A DNA stretch of 64,000 bases from Gemmatimonadales bacterium (lineage in GTDB: Bacteria > Gemmatimonadota > Gemmatimonadetes > Gemmatimonadales > GWC2-71-9): contig JBBQFH010000001.1 in NCBI GenBank assembly GCA_038321865.1, positions 174,258 to 238,257 on the forward strand, in the 5' to 3' direction. Shown here piece by piece: positions 10,509 through 20,346 of the stretch (position 1 is the stretch's first letter; each line of letters starts with the position of its first letter). The notes under the pieces are model-generated. The model worked only from the letters and a program-made list of their open reading frames with translations. It searched no databases and was not told where the DNA came from. Position numbers and translations under genes: made by a program.

Positions 10509-11832
10509 GCGTACGGGCACCGGAAGCGGGAGAAGAGGATTGGATGACGGCGAGCAGCGCTGCCGTGAGCCGGTCTCGAGGAATCGCCTGCTGGGTCTTG
10601 CTGGCGAGGTCGCGCAGCACGACCTCGCCGCGGGCACGATCATCGGGTCCGACGACGACCGCTGCCCGTGCCCCGCGCGCGTCAGCCAGCTTCAGCTGCT
10701 TGCCCAGCGCCTGCGGACCGAGGGAGTACTCGGTCGCGAAGCCCGCCTCTCGTAACTGGTGGGCGACCGCCAGCACATGCGGGAGGTCATCGTCGGTCAC
10801 GCCCGCGACCAGCACGTCGACCGTGCGCGGCCGAACCGGCAGCAGGCCCTTTTCGCGGAGGAGTTCACCCAGGACGACGTCGCCCATACCGAAGCCCAGC
10901 GCGGGCAGATCTACGCCTCCGAGCGCCAGCAGCAGGCCGTCGTAGCGGCCGCCGCCGCAGATCGCGCGGAGGGTGCCGGCGGCATCGAACAATTCGAAGA
11001 CGGTCCCGGTGTAGTACGCGAGCCCGCGTACGATCGTCAGGTCCACGTCGATGAAGTCAGCGAGGCCCATGGCGTCCAGCGCCGCGACGGTGCGCATCAG
11101 CGGTTCGCCTTCGACGGAGGCGCCCGGAACAGCAGCCAGCGCGCCCTCGACGGCGTCCCGCCCACGTAAGCCCGCGACGGCGAACACACTTTCGATGGCC
11201 CGCCCGGCGAAGCCCGCCCCGCTGAGCTGCGACGCGAGCTCCTCCCGCGATGCCCGCTCCACCTTGTCGATTGCCTGGTACGCATCCGCCAGCTGGGACT
11301 CGGTCACGCCGCCGCCCAGGAGCAAGGCGCGGAGCACCCGCCGATCGGACAGACGCACGCGCACGTCGCTCGATGACAGTCCGAAGGCCCGCATCAGATC
11401 GACCGCAAGCGCAATCACTTCGGCATCGGCCAGAGGGCCCGCTTCGCCGACCAGATCGCAGTTGAGCTGGAAGTGTTCGCGCAGGCGCCCGCGCTGCTGG
11501 CGCTCGTAGCGAAACAACTGCGGAATGGAGAACCAGCGGATCGGCTTCTTCAGGCCGTTCGCCCGCGCGGCGACCATGCGGGCAAAGCTGGGCGTCATCT
11601 CCGGCCGCAACGCGACGTCGCGCTCGCCCTTGTCGGTGAAGTTGTACAGCTGTCCCACGATCTCCGCCCCGCTCTTGGCGGTATACAGGTCGAGCGGCTC
11701 GAGCGGCGGCCCGTCATACTCCTCGAAGCCGTAACGCCGGGCGACCTCCCGCCAGGTGCGGAAGATGTAGGCGCGTACGGCAAATTCGTCGGGGTAGAAA
11801 TCGCGGAAGCCCGGGAGGGCCTGGCTTTGCAT
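10501..11832 (-). CDS. hisS: Histidine--tRNA ligase
   Basis: [25 protein letters not shown] and GFGMG motifs. Confidence 0.97.
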   Translation of the reverse strand: MQSQALPGFRDFYPDEFAVRAYIFRTWREVARRYGFEEYDGPPLEPLDLYTAKSGAEIVGQLYNFTDKGERDVALRPEMTPSFARMVAARANGLKKPIRWFSIPQLFRYERQQRGRLREHFQLNCDLVGEAGPLADAEVIALAVDLMRAFGLSSSDVRVRLSDRRVLRALLLGGGVTESQLADAYQAIDKVERASREELASQLSGAGFAGRAIESVFAVAGLRGRDAVEGALAAVPGASVEGEPLMRTVAALDAMGLADFIDVDLTIVRGLAYYTGTVFELFDAAGTLRAICGGGRYDGLLLALGGVDLPALGFGMGDVVLGELLREKGLLPVRPRTVDVLVAGVTDDDLPHVLAVAHQLREAGFATEYSLGPQALGKQLKLADARGARAAVVVGPDDRARGEVVLRDLASKTQQAIPRDRLTAALLAVIQSSSPASGARTHG

Positions 11833-11838
11833 GGCGGG

Positions 11839-11867
11839 AACTTAAACGGAGGACGAGGGGAGGTAAA
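11839..11867 (-). promoter_or_regulatory. sigma70 promoter for hisS, leaderless geometry
   Basis: TTTACC-17-TAAGTT-6 nt-ATG. Confidence 0.6.
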
Positions 11868-11878
11868 CGCTGGCGCGC

Positions 11879-13114
11879 TCAGATCGGCCCCATTCCCAGC
11901 GACTGCATGACGTCGCCCACGGTATGGAACGACCCGGTCACGAGGACGGTGCCGGCCCCACGTTGCGCCTCGGTCAGCGCGTCATGAAAATCGGGAACGA
12001 GCGACCACGCCGCCCGCGCGGGCGGACGGGATGGATCGGCGAGCCAGCGCCGGAGCCAGTCGAGATCCCAGCGGCGGTCCGAAGCGCTGGGCGCGATCGT
12101 GAGCACGCCGCGATCAACCACTTCGTCCAGCCGCACGAGCATGGCGGGCCAGTCCTTGTCACCCAGGATCGATACCAGGGCATGCACCGGACCGGGCGGT
12201 GGTTCCGCCCGCAGGGCAGCGACCAGCGCGGCCATTCCATCCGGGTTGTGCGCCACATCGAAGAGCCAGCGTCCGCGGCGGTCGAGCCGACCCGGGACGC
12301 GGGTCCGGCTGAACGCGGCGGCCACCGACGCGGCATCCGGCCGGTAGGCCGCGGGGAGCGCCTCAAGGAGCGCCGCGGCGACCGCCGCATTCCGGCGCTG
12401 GTGCGGGCCAGCCAGGCCGAGAGGCCCCTCCCACCGGACATCGTCAGCGACGACGCGCACATCGGCGGGCACGGCAGCGCCCTGCGCCGCGACGGCGGCG
12501 CCGGCGGCCGCCCGCAGGACCTCGATCAGGTGCAGATCCGTTTCTCCTATCACCAGCGGAATGCCGGGCTTGGCGATGCCGGCCTTCTCGGCGGCGATCA
12601 GCTCGAGCGTATGGCCAAGGTACTTCATGTGGTCCCGGGCGATTTTCGTGATTCCAGCCACCAGTGGCAACACCACATTGGTGCTGTCCAGCCGGCCACC
12701 GAGCCCGACCTCGACGACCATGATCTCGGCGCCCCGCGCGGCGAAATCCGCGAAGGCGATCGCGGTAGTCACCTCGAAGAAAGTCGCTTCCAGCTCGAGG
12801 ATGAGCGACTGGAGCCGACTGGTCCACATGGCGACAGCCGCCTCGCTGACGGGCACCCCGTCCACCACGATCCGCTCGCGGAACGAGACGAGGTGCGGAG
12901 AGGTGTACAGTCCCACCCGCAACCCGGTCTCCGCGAGAGCGTCCGCCACGAGCACCGAGACGCTGCCCTTGCCGTTGGTGCCGGCGATGTGGATTGCGGG
13001 AACGACCCGGTGCGGATCGCCCAGCGAGGCGAGCAGCGCACGCGTCGTGTCGAGGCCGAATTTGATCGACGTGGTGCGAGGATAGAGGAATGCAAGCGCC
13101 TGGGCGTACGTCAT
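11879..13114 (-). CDS. folC: Folylpolyglutamate/dihydrofolate synthase
   Basis: AGTNGKGS, YTSPHL, EVGLGGRLDSTN and DVAHNP; start at MTYAQAL. Confidence 0.95.
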   Translation of the reverse strand: MTYAQALAFLYPRTTSIKFGLDTTRALLASLGDPHRVVPAIHIAGTNGKGSVSVLVADALAETGLRVGLYTSPHLVSFRERIVVDGVPVSEAAVAMWTSRLQSLILELEATFFEVTTAIAFADFAARGAEIMVVEVGLGGRLDSTNVVLPLVAGITKIARDHMKYLGHTLELIAAEKAGIAKPGIPLVIGETDLHLIEVLRAAAGAAVAAQGAAVPADVRVVADDVRWEGPLGLAGPHQRRNAAVAAALLEALPAAYRPDAASVAAAFSRTRVPGRLDRRGRWLFDVAHNPDGMAALVAALRAEPPPGPVHALVSILGDKDWPAMLVRLDEVVDRGVLTIAPSASDRRWDLDWLRRWLADPSRPPARAAWSLVPDFHDALTEAQRGAGTVLVTGSFHTVGDVMQSLGMGPI

Positions 13115-13127
13115 GGCTGGATGCACG

Positions 13128-13156
13128 ATCGCCCCGCCAGCTGCTGGCGGGGCGAT
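13128..13156 (-). terminator. Strong GC hairpin between accD and folC
   Basis: ATCGCCCCGCCAG-CTG-CTGGCGGGGCGAT perfect 13-bp stem; no clear U-tract. Confidence 0.5.
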
Positions 13157-13179
13157 TGGTTCGTCCGATGCCGATCCGC

Positions 13180-14049
13180 TCAGAGCGCCGCTTCCACGGC
13201 TTCCTGCGGCGCGCGCTGGCCCTGCATGTGGCGCAGCAGGCGCGCGGTCGTCTCGCGCAGCGAGCCGCGGGGCACGACATCGTCGATCTGGCCGTGCTCG
13301 AGCAGGAATTCCGCTGTCTGGAACCCGTCCGGGAGGTCCTGGCCGATGGTCTGCTTGATCACGCGCTGGCCGGCGAAGCCGATCACCGCACCGGGCTCCG
13401 CCAGAATGACGTCCCCCTGCATCGCGAACGACGCCGACACACCGCCCGTCGTCGGGTCGGTCAGGATCGTAATGAACGGAATCGAGGCCGCCTGCAGCGC
13501 AGCGATGGCGGCCGAGGTCTTGGCCATCTGCATAAGGGAGAGGACCCCCTCCTGCATGCGGGCGCCTCCCGAAGTGCACACCAGCACCAGCGGCATCTTC
13601 TTTTCGAGCGAGCGCCGCGCGAGCCGCGCGATCTTCTCACCCACGACGGAACCCATCGAGCCGCCCATGAACCGGAAATTCATGACGCCGAGGTGATAGG
13701 CCAGCCCAGCGAGGCGGCCGCTGCCCACGTAGATGGCGTCGCTGTCGCCGGCCTTTTTGCGCGCCACGGCCAGGCGGTCGGCATAGTGTTCGAATTTGAG
13801 CGGGTCGATCGACCGGAGCGATGCCCACAGCTCACGCCACGTCCCCGCGTCGGTCAGGAGCTCGATGTACTCCTCGGCGCTGAACCGGCGATGCCGGCCG
13901 CACTCCGGGCACACGTTGAGCGCCTTCTCGAACTTTTCGCGGAGGTCGATGTGGCCGCAGCCGTCGCACTTTTCCCAGGCGTCGGGCGGAATTTCCAGCC
14001 GCTCGCGCTGGGACGGGCGCGGCTTGCGCTCCTTTTTGAACCAGGCCAT
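13180..14049 (-). CDS. accD: Acetyl-CoA carboxylase carboxyltransferase beta subunit
   Basis: C4 zinc ribbon (CDGC...CPEC), GGSMGSVVGEK, SGGARMQEG and DPTTGGV. Confidence 0.97.
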   Translation of the reverse strand: MAWFKKERKPRPSQRERLEIPPDAWEKCDGCGHIDLREKFEKALNVCPECGRHRRFSAEEYIELLTDAGTWRELWASLRSIDPLKFEHYADRLAVARKKAGDSDAIYVGSGRLAGLAYHLGVMNFRFMGGSMGSVVGEKIARLARRSLEKKMPLVLVCTSGGARMQEGVLSLMQMAKTSAAIAALQAASIPFITILTDPTTGGVSASFAMQGDVILAEPGAVIGFAGQRVIKQTIGQDLPDGFQTAEFLLEHGQIDDVVPRGSLRETTARLLRHMQGQRAPQEAVEAAL

Positions 14050-14161
14050 CACAGCCATAGGCCAGGAGTGACAGCGCGCGGGGGGCGCAAAGGATTTTGC
14101 ATGAGCATGCAATCTGAAGGGTTGGAGCCCCCAGCGCTAGTACCTGATAGCTAAGTCGTTG

Positions 14162-15403
14162 TCAGAAATCACTATAGCCAGACATCCTTGCGTCCCACGA
14201 GACCCGGGCGGCCAGTCCGAGACAGATGGAGCAGATGACGAAGAATGATCCCCCATACGAGAAGAACGGCAAGGGAATCCCCGTGATGGGCATGATGTTC
14301 ACGGTCATTCCCACATTTTCAAACACGTGGGTGAACCAGAGCCCGATGATCCCGAAGATAACCAGGCTGCTGAAGGGGTCGCTGGCCCGCCGGGCAATGC
14401 GCAGAAGGGTCAGGAAGAGCCCCAGGAACAACGAGAGCGCAACGACCACGCCCACGAAGCCCAGCTCCTCTCCCACCACGGAGAATACGAAGTCGGTGTG
14501 CTGTTCCGGCAGAAATGCGAGCCGTTTCTGCGGGCCCTGCGTGTAGCCCGTCCCGAACCAGCCGCCCGACCCGATGGCGACCTTCGATTGGATGGCGTGG
14601 TAGCCGGCGTCTCGGGGATCCACCTCGGGGTTGAGGAAGGTGAGCAGCCGGTTCTGCTGATACACGTTGAGGTGTTTCCAGGCCGGCATCGCCACGGCCC
14701 CCATCACGAAATTGGCGATGTAGATCGTGACGGATTCCCAGATATACGGCCGCCACGCCGCCAGCAGGGCGAAGACGGCGACCATCCAGGCGCCCCAGGC
14801 GTAGTTGTTGAATGCCAGGAGCAGGCTGATCCCCGGGGATGCCACCATGAACAACAGCCGCGGCCGCACACCCGACCAGAACAGCATCGCGAACATGATC
14901 CCCACGAAGACCATCGCGCTGCCGAGATCGGGCTGCTTCATCACCAGGAGAAACGGGACCCCGATGATGGAGCACGGCAACGCCAGATCCCGCAGCGAGC
15001 GGGGCGGCTCCTTGAGGCCGCTCAGGTAGCGGGCCAGCATGAGGACCGCCGCGAGCTTCGCCAGCTCGGACGGCTGGCCGATGCGATGGCTCCCGATCGC
15101 GAGCCAGCTCTTGCTGCTCTGAGCGGTCCCGGCCCCGGTCCCGATCACCAGGACCGCGAGCAGCAGGATCAGGCTGAAGGCATAGAGGATCGGCGCGCCC
15201 CACTCCAACAGCCGCATGGACGTCTTGAACGTGGCGAAGGCGGCGACCAGCCCGACCGCCAGCCACGCGAACTGGTGATACCACACTCCCTGAGCCTGGG
15301 TGACGATATCGGTCTGACCGGCCGAATAGAGGACGATGAGCCCGTACAGCACGAGCGTCACCGAGATGAAGATGAGCGGACGGTCGACCCCGCCCGACCT
15401 CAC
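14162..15403 (-). CDS. rodA: Rod shape-determining SEDS protein RodA
   Basis: QPSELAK, QPDLG, PEQHTDF and PLPFFSYGGS; follows PBP2. Confidence 0.96.
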   Translation of the reverse strand: MRSGGVDRPLIFISVTLVLYGLIVLYSAGQTDIVTQAQGVWYHQFAWLAVGLVAAFATFKTSMRLLEWGAPILYAFSLILLLAVLVIGTGAGTAQSSKSWLAIGSHRIGQPSELAKLAAVLMLARYLSGLKEPPRSLRDLALPCSIIGVPFLLVMKQPDLGSAMVFVGIMFAMLFWSGVRPRLLFMVASPGISLLLAFNNYAWGAWMVAVFALLAAWRPYIWESVTIYIANFVMGAVAMPAWKHLNVYQQNRLLTFLNPEVDPRDAGYHAIQSKVAIGSGGWFGTGYTQGPQKRLAFLPEQHTDFVFSVVGEELGFVGVVVALSLFLGLFLTLLRIARRASDPFSSLVIFGIIGLWFTHVFENVGMTVNIMPITGIPLPFFSYGGSFFVICSICLGLAARVSWDARMSGYSDF

Positions 15404-17259
15404 GGTGTGGTCCTGGCGGTGCTGTCGGGCAGCTGCACGGGCCTCGGGGCACTGTCACCCTGCACGCTCTCGTCCAGCAGGCCGGTCAGCACGCGCACCT
15501 TGGCTCCGGCGGCGGTGTCCGGGCCGATGAGATAACGCCGCAGCACGTTGATCACGTATGGGGCGACGACCGTTCCATGCTCGGCGAACTCCATGATTCC
15601 GCCGACCACCAGCTGGGGATGCTCCGCCGGCGCGAAGCCGATGAACCATCCGTGATCCTTGCCGTGGGAGTTCTGGGCGGTCCCGGTCTTTCCCGCCACC
15701 TGCAGATCGAGGTGCCGGGAGGCCGAGGCTGTGCCCCGCTCCACGACGGCGATGAGTGCCCGTCGCAGCCCGTCGAGCTGCGTCGGCGTCAGACCGGTCG
15801 AGTGCCGGACGGTCGACGTCGGGCGGAAAATGTAAGGTGTCGGCTCGTCGCCGTTGCCCGCGAGCGCGGCGTAGAACTGAATCATGCTGATCAGGGTCTG
15901 GTCGTTCTCACCCTGGCCGATCGAGAAATTCAGCGTCGTGGCCGGCGCGCTCCAGTTTCCGGCGCCGCGGTACAGCTTGTTGAAGTACTCGATGCTGCTG
16001 GGGAAGGCCGGGCTGAGCTCGCTCGGCAGGTCGATGCCGGTCCGGTCGCGGAACCCCATCAGCATCCCGTCCTTGATGATCGCCTCGAGGCCGAGCCGCT
16101 GTCCCAGTTGGTAGAAGTACACGTCACAGCTCTTGGCGATGGCGCCGGTGAGATCGAGGGAGCCATGGCCCTCCTTCTTCCAGCACTTGAAACCCCGATT
16201 GCCCAGGCGATAGACACCGGTGCACGGGACGGGCATATGGGTGTCGAAGTTGATCAGCCCCCGGCGCAGCGCCATCGCGCTGATGGCGAGCTTGAAGGGC
16301 GAGGCCGGCGGATAGCGGCCGTTCACCGCACGGTTGATCATCGGCTTGGCGGAATCGGTATTGAGCAGCCGCCAGTTGGCGGCATCGATCCCGCCGACGA
16401 AGACGTTCGGATCGTAGGTGGGCGCGGAGTAGAGGGCCCGCACCTCGCCGCTCGGCGTCATGGCGATCATGGCGCCGCGGACTCCCGAGGGCCAGATGCT
16501 GTCGATATAGCGCTGCAGGCCGAGATCGATCGTGGTCTTGATCTGATGCCCCGCGACCGGCGCGAGCGACGCGGAGCCGACATCCTCCCGCACGAGCCGG
16601 CCGCGGGCGTTCACTTCGGCGTAGCGGACGCCGGCCCGGCCGCGGAGGATGCTGTCGTACTCCCGCTCCAGCCCGGCCTTGCCCACGAGCGACCCCAGGC
16701 TCGCGTTGGGAAATCGATTGCTGCTCAGGTCCGACTCCGTCACTTCGGAGACGTAACCGACCAGGTGCGCCACAGCCCTTCCCTGCGGATACATCCGCTT
16801 CGGCTCAGACTGGATGATCAGACCAGGCAGCAGGGAGCGATGCTCCTCCAGGCGTGACACGTCCTCGAAATCCGCATCGCCCAGCACGATGACGGGCTGG
16901 TAGGGTGCCCCGCGATAGCGTCGCAGGATCTCGGCGAGGTCGAAGGAGTCGAGGGATACGACGGTCGAGAAACGTGCCAGGACCGCCCGGAGCGAGTCGG
17001 CGCGCGGCGCCAGCAGCTTGACCGAAAAGCCGGGCACGTTTTCAGCAATGAGCTGGCCGTTCCGATCGACAATCTCGCCGCGCGGAGGTTCCAGCGGTAT
17101 CGCCCGCAGCCGGTTGGTCTGGGCCTGAAGCTGGAACTTCTCGTGCTGAATGACCTGCGTCCGGAAGAACGCACTGATCAGGACGAAAAAGGCGGCGCCC
17201 AACACCCAGCCCGCGGCAGTCGCGCGCCGGCCGATCTGATAGGCGTCGAAGCCGTTCAC
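15400..17259 (-). CDS. mrdA: Penicillin-binding protein 2
   Basis: PPRGEI, SxxK (ASPFK), SCD and KTGT motifs. Confidence 0.95.
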   Translation of the reverse strand: MNGFDAYQIGRRATAAGWVLGAAFFVLISAFFRTQVIQHEKFQLQAQTNRLRAIPLEPPRGEIVDRNGQLIAENVPGFSVKLLAPRADSLRAVLARFSTVVSLDSFDLAEILRRYRGAPYQPVIVLGDADFEDVSRLEEHRSLLPGLIIQSEPKRMYPQGRAVAHLVGYVSEVTESDLSSNRFPNASLGSLVGKAGLEREYDSILRGRAGVRYAEVNARGRLVREDVGSASLAPVAGHQIKTTIDLGLQRYIDSIWPSGVRGAMIAMTPSGEVRALYSAPTYDPNVFVGGIDAANWRLLNTDSAKPMINRAVNGRYPPASPFKLAISAMALRRGLINFDTHMPVPCTGVYRLGNRGFKCWKKEGHGSLDLTGAIAKSCDVYFYQLGQRLGLEAIIKDGMLMGFRDRTGIDLPSELSPAFPSSIEYFNKLYRGAGNWSAPATTLNFSIGQGENDQTLISMIQFYAALAGNGDEPTPYIFRPTSTVRHSTGLTPTQLDGLRRALIAVVERGTASASRHLDLQVAGKTGTAQNSHGKDHGWFIGFAPAEHPQLVVGGIMEFAEHGTVVAPYVINVLRRYLIGPDTAAGAKVRVLTGLLDESVQGDSAPRPVQLPDSTARTTP

Positions 17260-17260
17260 G

Positions 17261-17758
17261 TCACACGTCCAGCCGGATGGAGAACCACTCGCGGAACGCG
17301 ATCAGGATCAGCACGCCGAATAGCGCGGTGATGAGCGCCTGCAGCGGGCCGAAGACCGCGATCTCCGAGAGCAGTTCTCCCCGGGCGGACCCGCCGGCGA
17401 TCAGCACGATCACATCCCGGAGCCACACGCCCGCCGCGATCATCCCCGCGTTGACGAGCAGGTTGTCGGCGAAGAAGACCGCGCGGCCCCACGACGCCGC
17501 GTAGGCGACGAGCGTGCCAGCCAGCGCCGCCGCCCCGAACCGGGCCGGCGACAGCGAATCGTTGATCAGCCCGACCACGAAGCCGGCGACCGCGGCGTCT
17601 CCCGGCCGACTCCGCATGGCGTAAAGCATCAGGGCGATCATCAGGAAATCAGGGCTGACCCGCGCGTCCCAGAGCCGCGGGCGCACATAGAAATGCAGGA
17701 CCACCAGTACGGCCATCACGGCAAACAGCTGAATCCGGCTGGCCCGCCCGGCGCTCAT
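17261..17758 (-). CDS. mreD: Rod shape-determining protein MreD
   Basis: Hydrophobic 165 aa protein between mreC and mrdA. Confidence 0.9.
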   Translation of the reverse strand: MSAGRASRIQLFAVMAVLVVLHFYVRPRLWDARVSPDFLMIALMLYAMRSRPGDAAVAGFVVGLINDSLSPARFGAAALAGTLVAYAASWGRAVFFADNLLVNAGMIAAGVWLRDVIVLIAGGSARGELLSEIAVFGPLQALITALFGVLILIAFREWFSIRLDV

Positions 17759-18789
17759 CGCGCGCTGTCCACGCGCGGCCTGGCTCGCGCGGTGTCGGGC
17801 CGGGAGAGGCGCACGGACGGGCCGACCGAGTCGCGCGGAACGCGGCGCGTAGAATCGTGCTGGAGCACCTTGAGGAGCGAGTCCACGATGTGGACGCGCA
17901 GCAGTGAATCCGCCAGGCGCAGGCGGCGCAGGGTGTCCGCCCTGAGTGCCGCGAGCAGTGAATCACCCGGGTAGGCCGATTGCACCGATGCCGCCCGCGG
18001 CGCCCGGAGGATCATGACGTCGCTCACGCTGCTCGGATTGGCGGCCGGGCGCATGCGGTACACGCGCTCCCAGCCCGCCTGCTCCCGGGCGATGCCGAGG
18101 ACGGTGCCCAGCGGAATGCCGCGCGGATAGACCCCGCCCAGGCCGGACGAGATGATCGGCGTTCCGACCGGCAGCGTATCCCGGTAGCTGGTCGACCGGA
18201 ACTCCAGTGACGTCTCGCTGGCGGAGCCTCCAGCCGACGGCGCGACCATGCCGAACACTCGCCCGTCGGGTGAGGACGCGCTGACCCGGAATTCAGGATG
18301 GGCCCAGGTCATCACGGTGGCCTGTGCGTCCCCTCCGCTCCAGACGACCCCGATCAGCCCGCTGGCGGCGATCACCGGCTCGAAGGTGTCCACGCGTCCG
18401 CCGACATGAACCAGCAGCATGCGGCCGTCGGTGGGCGTCGATTGATGGAGCACCTCGGCCGCCACGTAGGGTGTCGTCAGCCGGTTCCGCAGGCCAAGCA
18501 GGCCCCGCAGCTGGCGATTCTCGGCAGAGATGGCAGGGACGAACTGGGCGGCGAATGCGGCGGAGTCCCGCTGTGCCACGACGGCGCGAAAACGCGCCTT
18601 GCTGGTGCGACCGTCTTCCGCACGCGCTTGCAGCCATATGAGTGGAGTGAAGGCAGAATCCCGCAAATTCGACGCGATGGCGAGCCCGACGCTCGACGGA
18701 AGGAAAAGCCCCAGAAGGGAAAGCCCGAGACAGACGAGAACGGACACCGTGTCGCGGCGGCTGAACGTGCGATCCGACGCGCGCAGCAT
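17755..18789 (-). CDS. mreC: Rod shape-determining protein MreC
   Basis: N-terminal TM, ENRQLRGLLGL coiled coil, SGLGGVYPRGIPLG. Confidence 0.93.
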   Translation of the reverse strand: MLRASDRTFSRRDTVSVLVCLGLSLLGLFLPSSVGLAIASNLRDSAFTPLIWLQARAEDGRTSKARFRAVVAQRDSAAFAAQFVPAISAENRQLRGLLGLRNRLTTPYVAAEVLHQSTPTDGRMLLVHVGGRVDTFEPVIAASGLIGVVWSGGDAQATVMTWAHPEFRVSASSPDGRVFGMVAPSAGGSASETSLEFRSTSYRDTLPVGTPIISSGLGGVYPRGIPLGTVLGIAREQAGWERVYRMRPAANPSSVSDVMILRAPRAASVQSAYPGDSLLAALRADTLRRLRLADSLLRVHIVDSLLKVLQHDSTRRVPRDSVGPSVRLSRPDTARARPRVDSAR

Positions 18790-18791
18790 CG

Positions 18792-19829
18792 TCAGCTCGA
18801 GAGCACGCTCTTGTACTTCTCGTAGTCGTCGAGAATCCGCCCGGTGCCGCGGACGACACAGGTCAGCGGATCCTCGTCCACGTGGATCGGCAGGCCGGTC
18901 TCCTGAGCCAGCAGGATATCGAGGCCACGGATGAGTGCACCGCCGCCGGTCATCACGATGCCGCGGTCAACGATATCGCTGGCGAGCTCCGGCGGCGTGA
19001 TCTCCAACGCGCGGCGCACCGCGTCCACGATCTGCTGGATCGGCTCCTGGATGGCTTCCCGGATCTCGGTCGAATGCACCCGGACCGTCTTCGGGATGCC
19101 GGAGACGAGGTCGCGTCCCTTCACTTCCATTTCGCGTTCGTCACCGGTCGGCGCGGCGGAGCCGATCTTGATCTTGATCTGTTCCGCGGTCGGCTCGCCG
19201 ACCAGCAGGTTGTAGTTCTTGCGCATAAACTGCACAATGGCCTGATCGAGCTCGTCGCCGCCGGTGCGGATGGAGGTATCGGACACAATGCCCGACAGCG
19301 CGATCACGGCGATCTCAGTCGTGCCGCCGCCAATGTCGATCACCATATTGCCGGTGGGGGTCTCGACCGGCAGGCCAACGCCGATCGCCGCCGCCATCGG
19401 CTCCGCCACCATCCACACCTGCTTGGCGCCCGCCGTCTCGGCCGAGTCGCGGACGGCGCGGCGCTCCACTTCGGTGATGCCCGAGGGGACGCAGACGATC
19501 ACCTTCGGCTTCACCCGGAAGACATGCTTGTCGATGATGGTCTTGAGGAAGTACCGTAGCATCTTCTCCGTCACATCGAAGTCGGCGATGACGCCGTCCT
19601 TCAGCGGCCGCACCGCCAGGATGCCTTCCGGCGTGCGTCCCAGCATGCGCTTCGCCTCGAGTCCGATTCCCTTGATCTTGCCGGTTGCCTTCTCGATCGC
19701 CACGACCGAGGGCTCGTTGAGCACGATCCCCTCGCCCTTGACATAGACGAGCGTGTTCGCCGTCCCGAGATCGACGGCGATCTCGTTCGCGGGCAGAAAG
19801 GAGCTCAGGCTGAGCGAGGGGAACTTCAT
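18792..19829 (-). CDS. mreB: Actin-like MreB
   Basis: DLGTANT, EPMAAAIG, DIGGGTTE and TGGGAL. Confidence 0.98.
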   Translation of the reverse strand: MKFPSLSLSSFLPANEIAVDLGTANTLVYVKGEGIVLNEPSVVAIEKATGKIKGIGLEAKRMLGRTPEGILAVRPLKDGVIADFDVTEKMLRYFLKTIIDKHVFRVKPKVIVCVPSGITEVERRAVRDSAETAGAKQVWMVAEPMAAAIGVGLPVETPTGNMVIDIGGGTTEIAVIALSGIVSDTSIRTGGDELDQAIVQFMRKNYNLLVGEPTAEQIKIKIGSAAPTGDEREMEVKGRDLVSGIPKTVRVHSTEIREAIQEPIQQIVDAVRRALEITPPELASDIVDRGIVMTGGGALIRGLDILLAQETGLPIHVDEDPLTCVVRGTGRILDDYEKYKSVLSS

Positions 19830-19857
19830 CGGTTATCGCCGGGGTTAAGAACAGCGT

Positions 19858-19886
19858 AAGGTAACTGTTGGCGTAAATCCGAACAA
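19858..19886 (-). promoter_or_regulatory. Putative sigma70 promoter of the mre operon
   Basis: TTGTTC-17-TACCTT in an AT-rich intergenic region. Confidence 0.45.
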
Positions 19887-19905
19887 GAGCAAGACTTAGA
19901 CGCTT

Positions 19906-20343
19906 TCAGACACCTGTACTGCCAAAACCTGATACACCTCGCGCAGACTCGGGCAGGCTGGCGACGACCCGGAAAGTGACGGTCTCGACCGGCGCCACGA
20001 CCATCTGGGCGATTCGCATCCCCCGGGTGACCTCAAACGGCTCCGCGCCGAGATTGACGAGGGCGACCATCAGCTCGCCTCGATAGTCGCTGTCAATGGT
20101 GGCCGGGGAGTTGGGCAGGGTGATTCCGTGCCGGAGGGCCAGACCCGAACGAGGCCGGATCTGGCATTCGTACCCCTCGGGGAGCGCGATGCTCATCCCC
20201 GTCCGGAAAAGCCGGCGCTCCAGAGGTGCCAGCGTGCCGTCCTCGGCGCTGGCCAGGTCGCAGCCGGCCGACCCCGCCGTGGCGGGGCTCGGGATGGGCA
20301 GGCCCTCCCCGTGCGGGAGCCGCGCCAGGAGGACGTCGACCAC
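19906..20343 (-). CDS. dut: dUTP diphosphatase
   Basis: [24 protein letters not shown] and [10 protein letters not shown]. Confidence 0.96.
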   Translation of the reverse strand: MVDVLLARLPHGEGLPIPSPATAGSAGCDLASAEDGTLAPLERRLFRTGMSIALPEGYECQIRPRSGLALRHGITLPNSPATIDSDYRGELMVALVNLGAEPFEVTRGMRIAQMVVAPVETVTFRVVASLPESARGVSGFGSTGV

Positions 20344-20346
20344 GGG

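Noticed and set aside
14152..14161. IHF-like CAA-N4-TTA motif, with weaker relatives near 1776 and 19890
   Set aside because: Too short and degenerate to support without statistics
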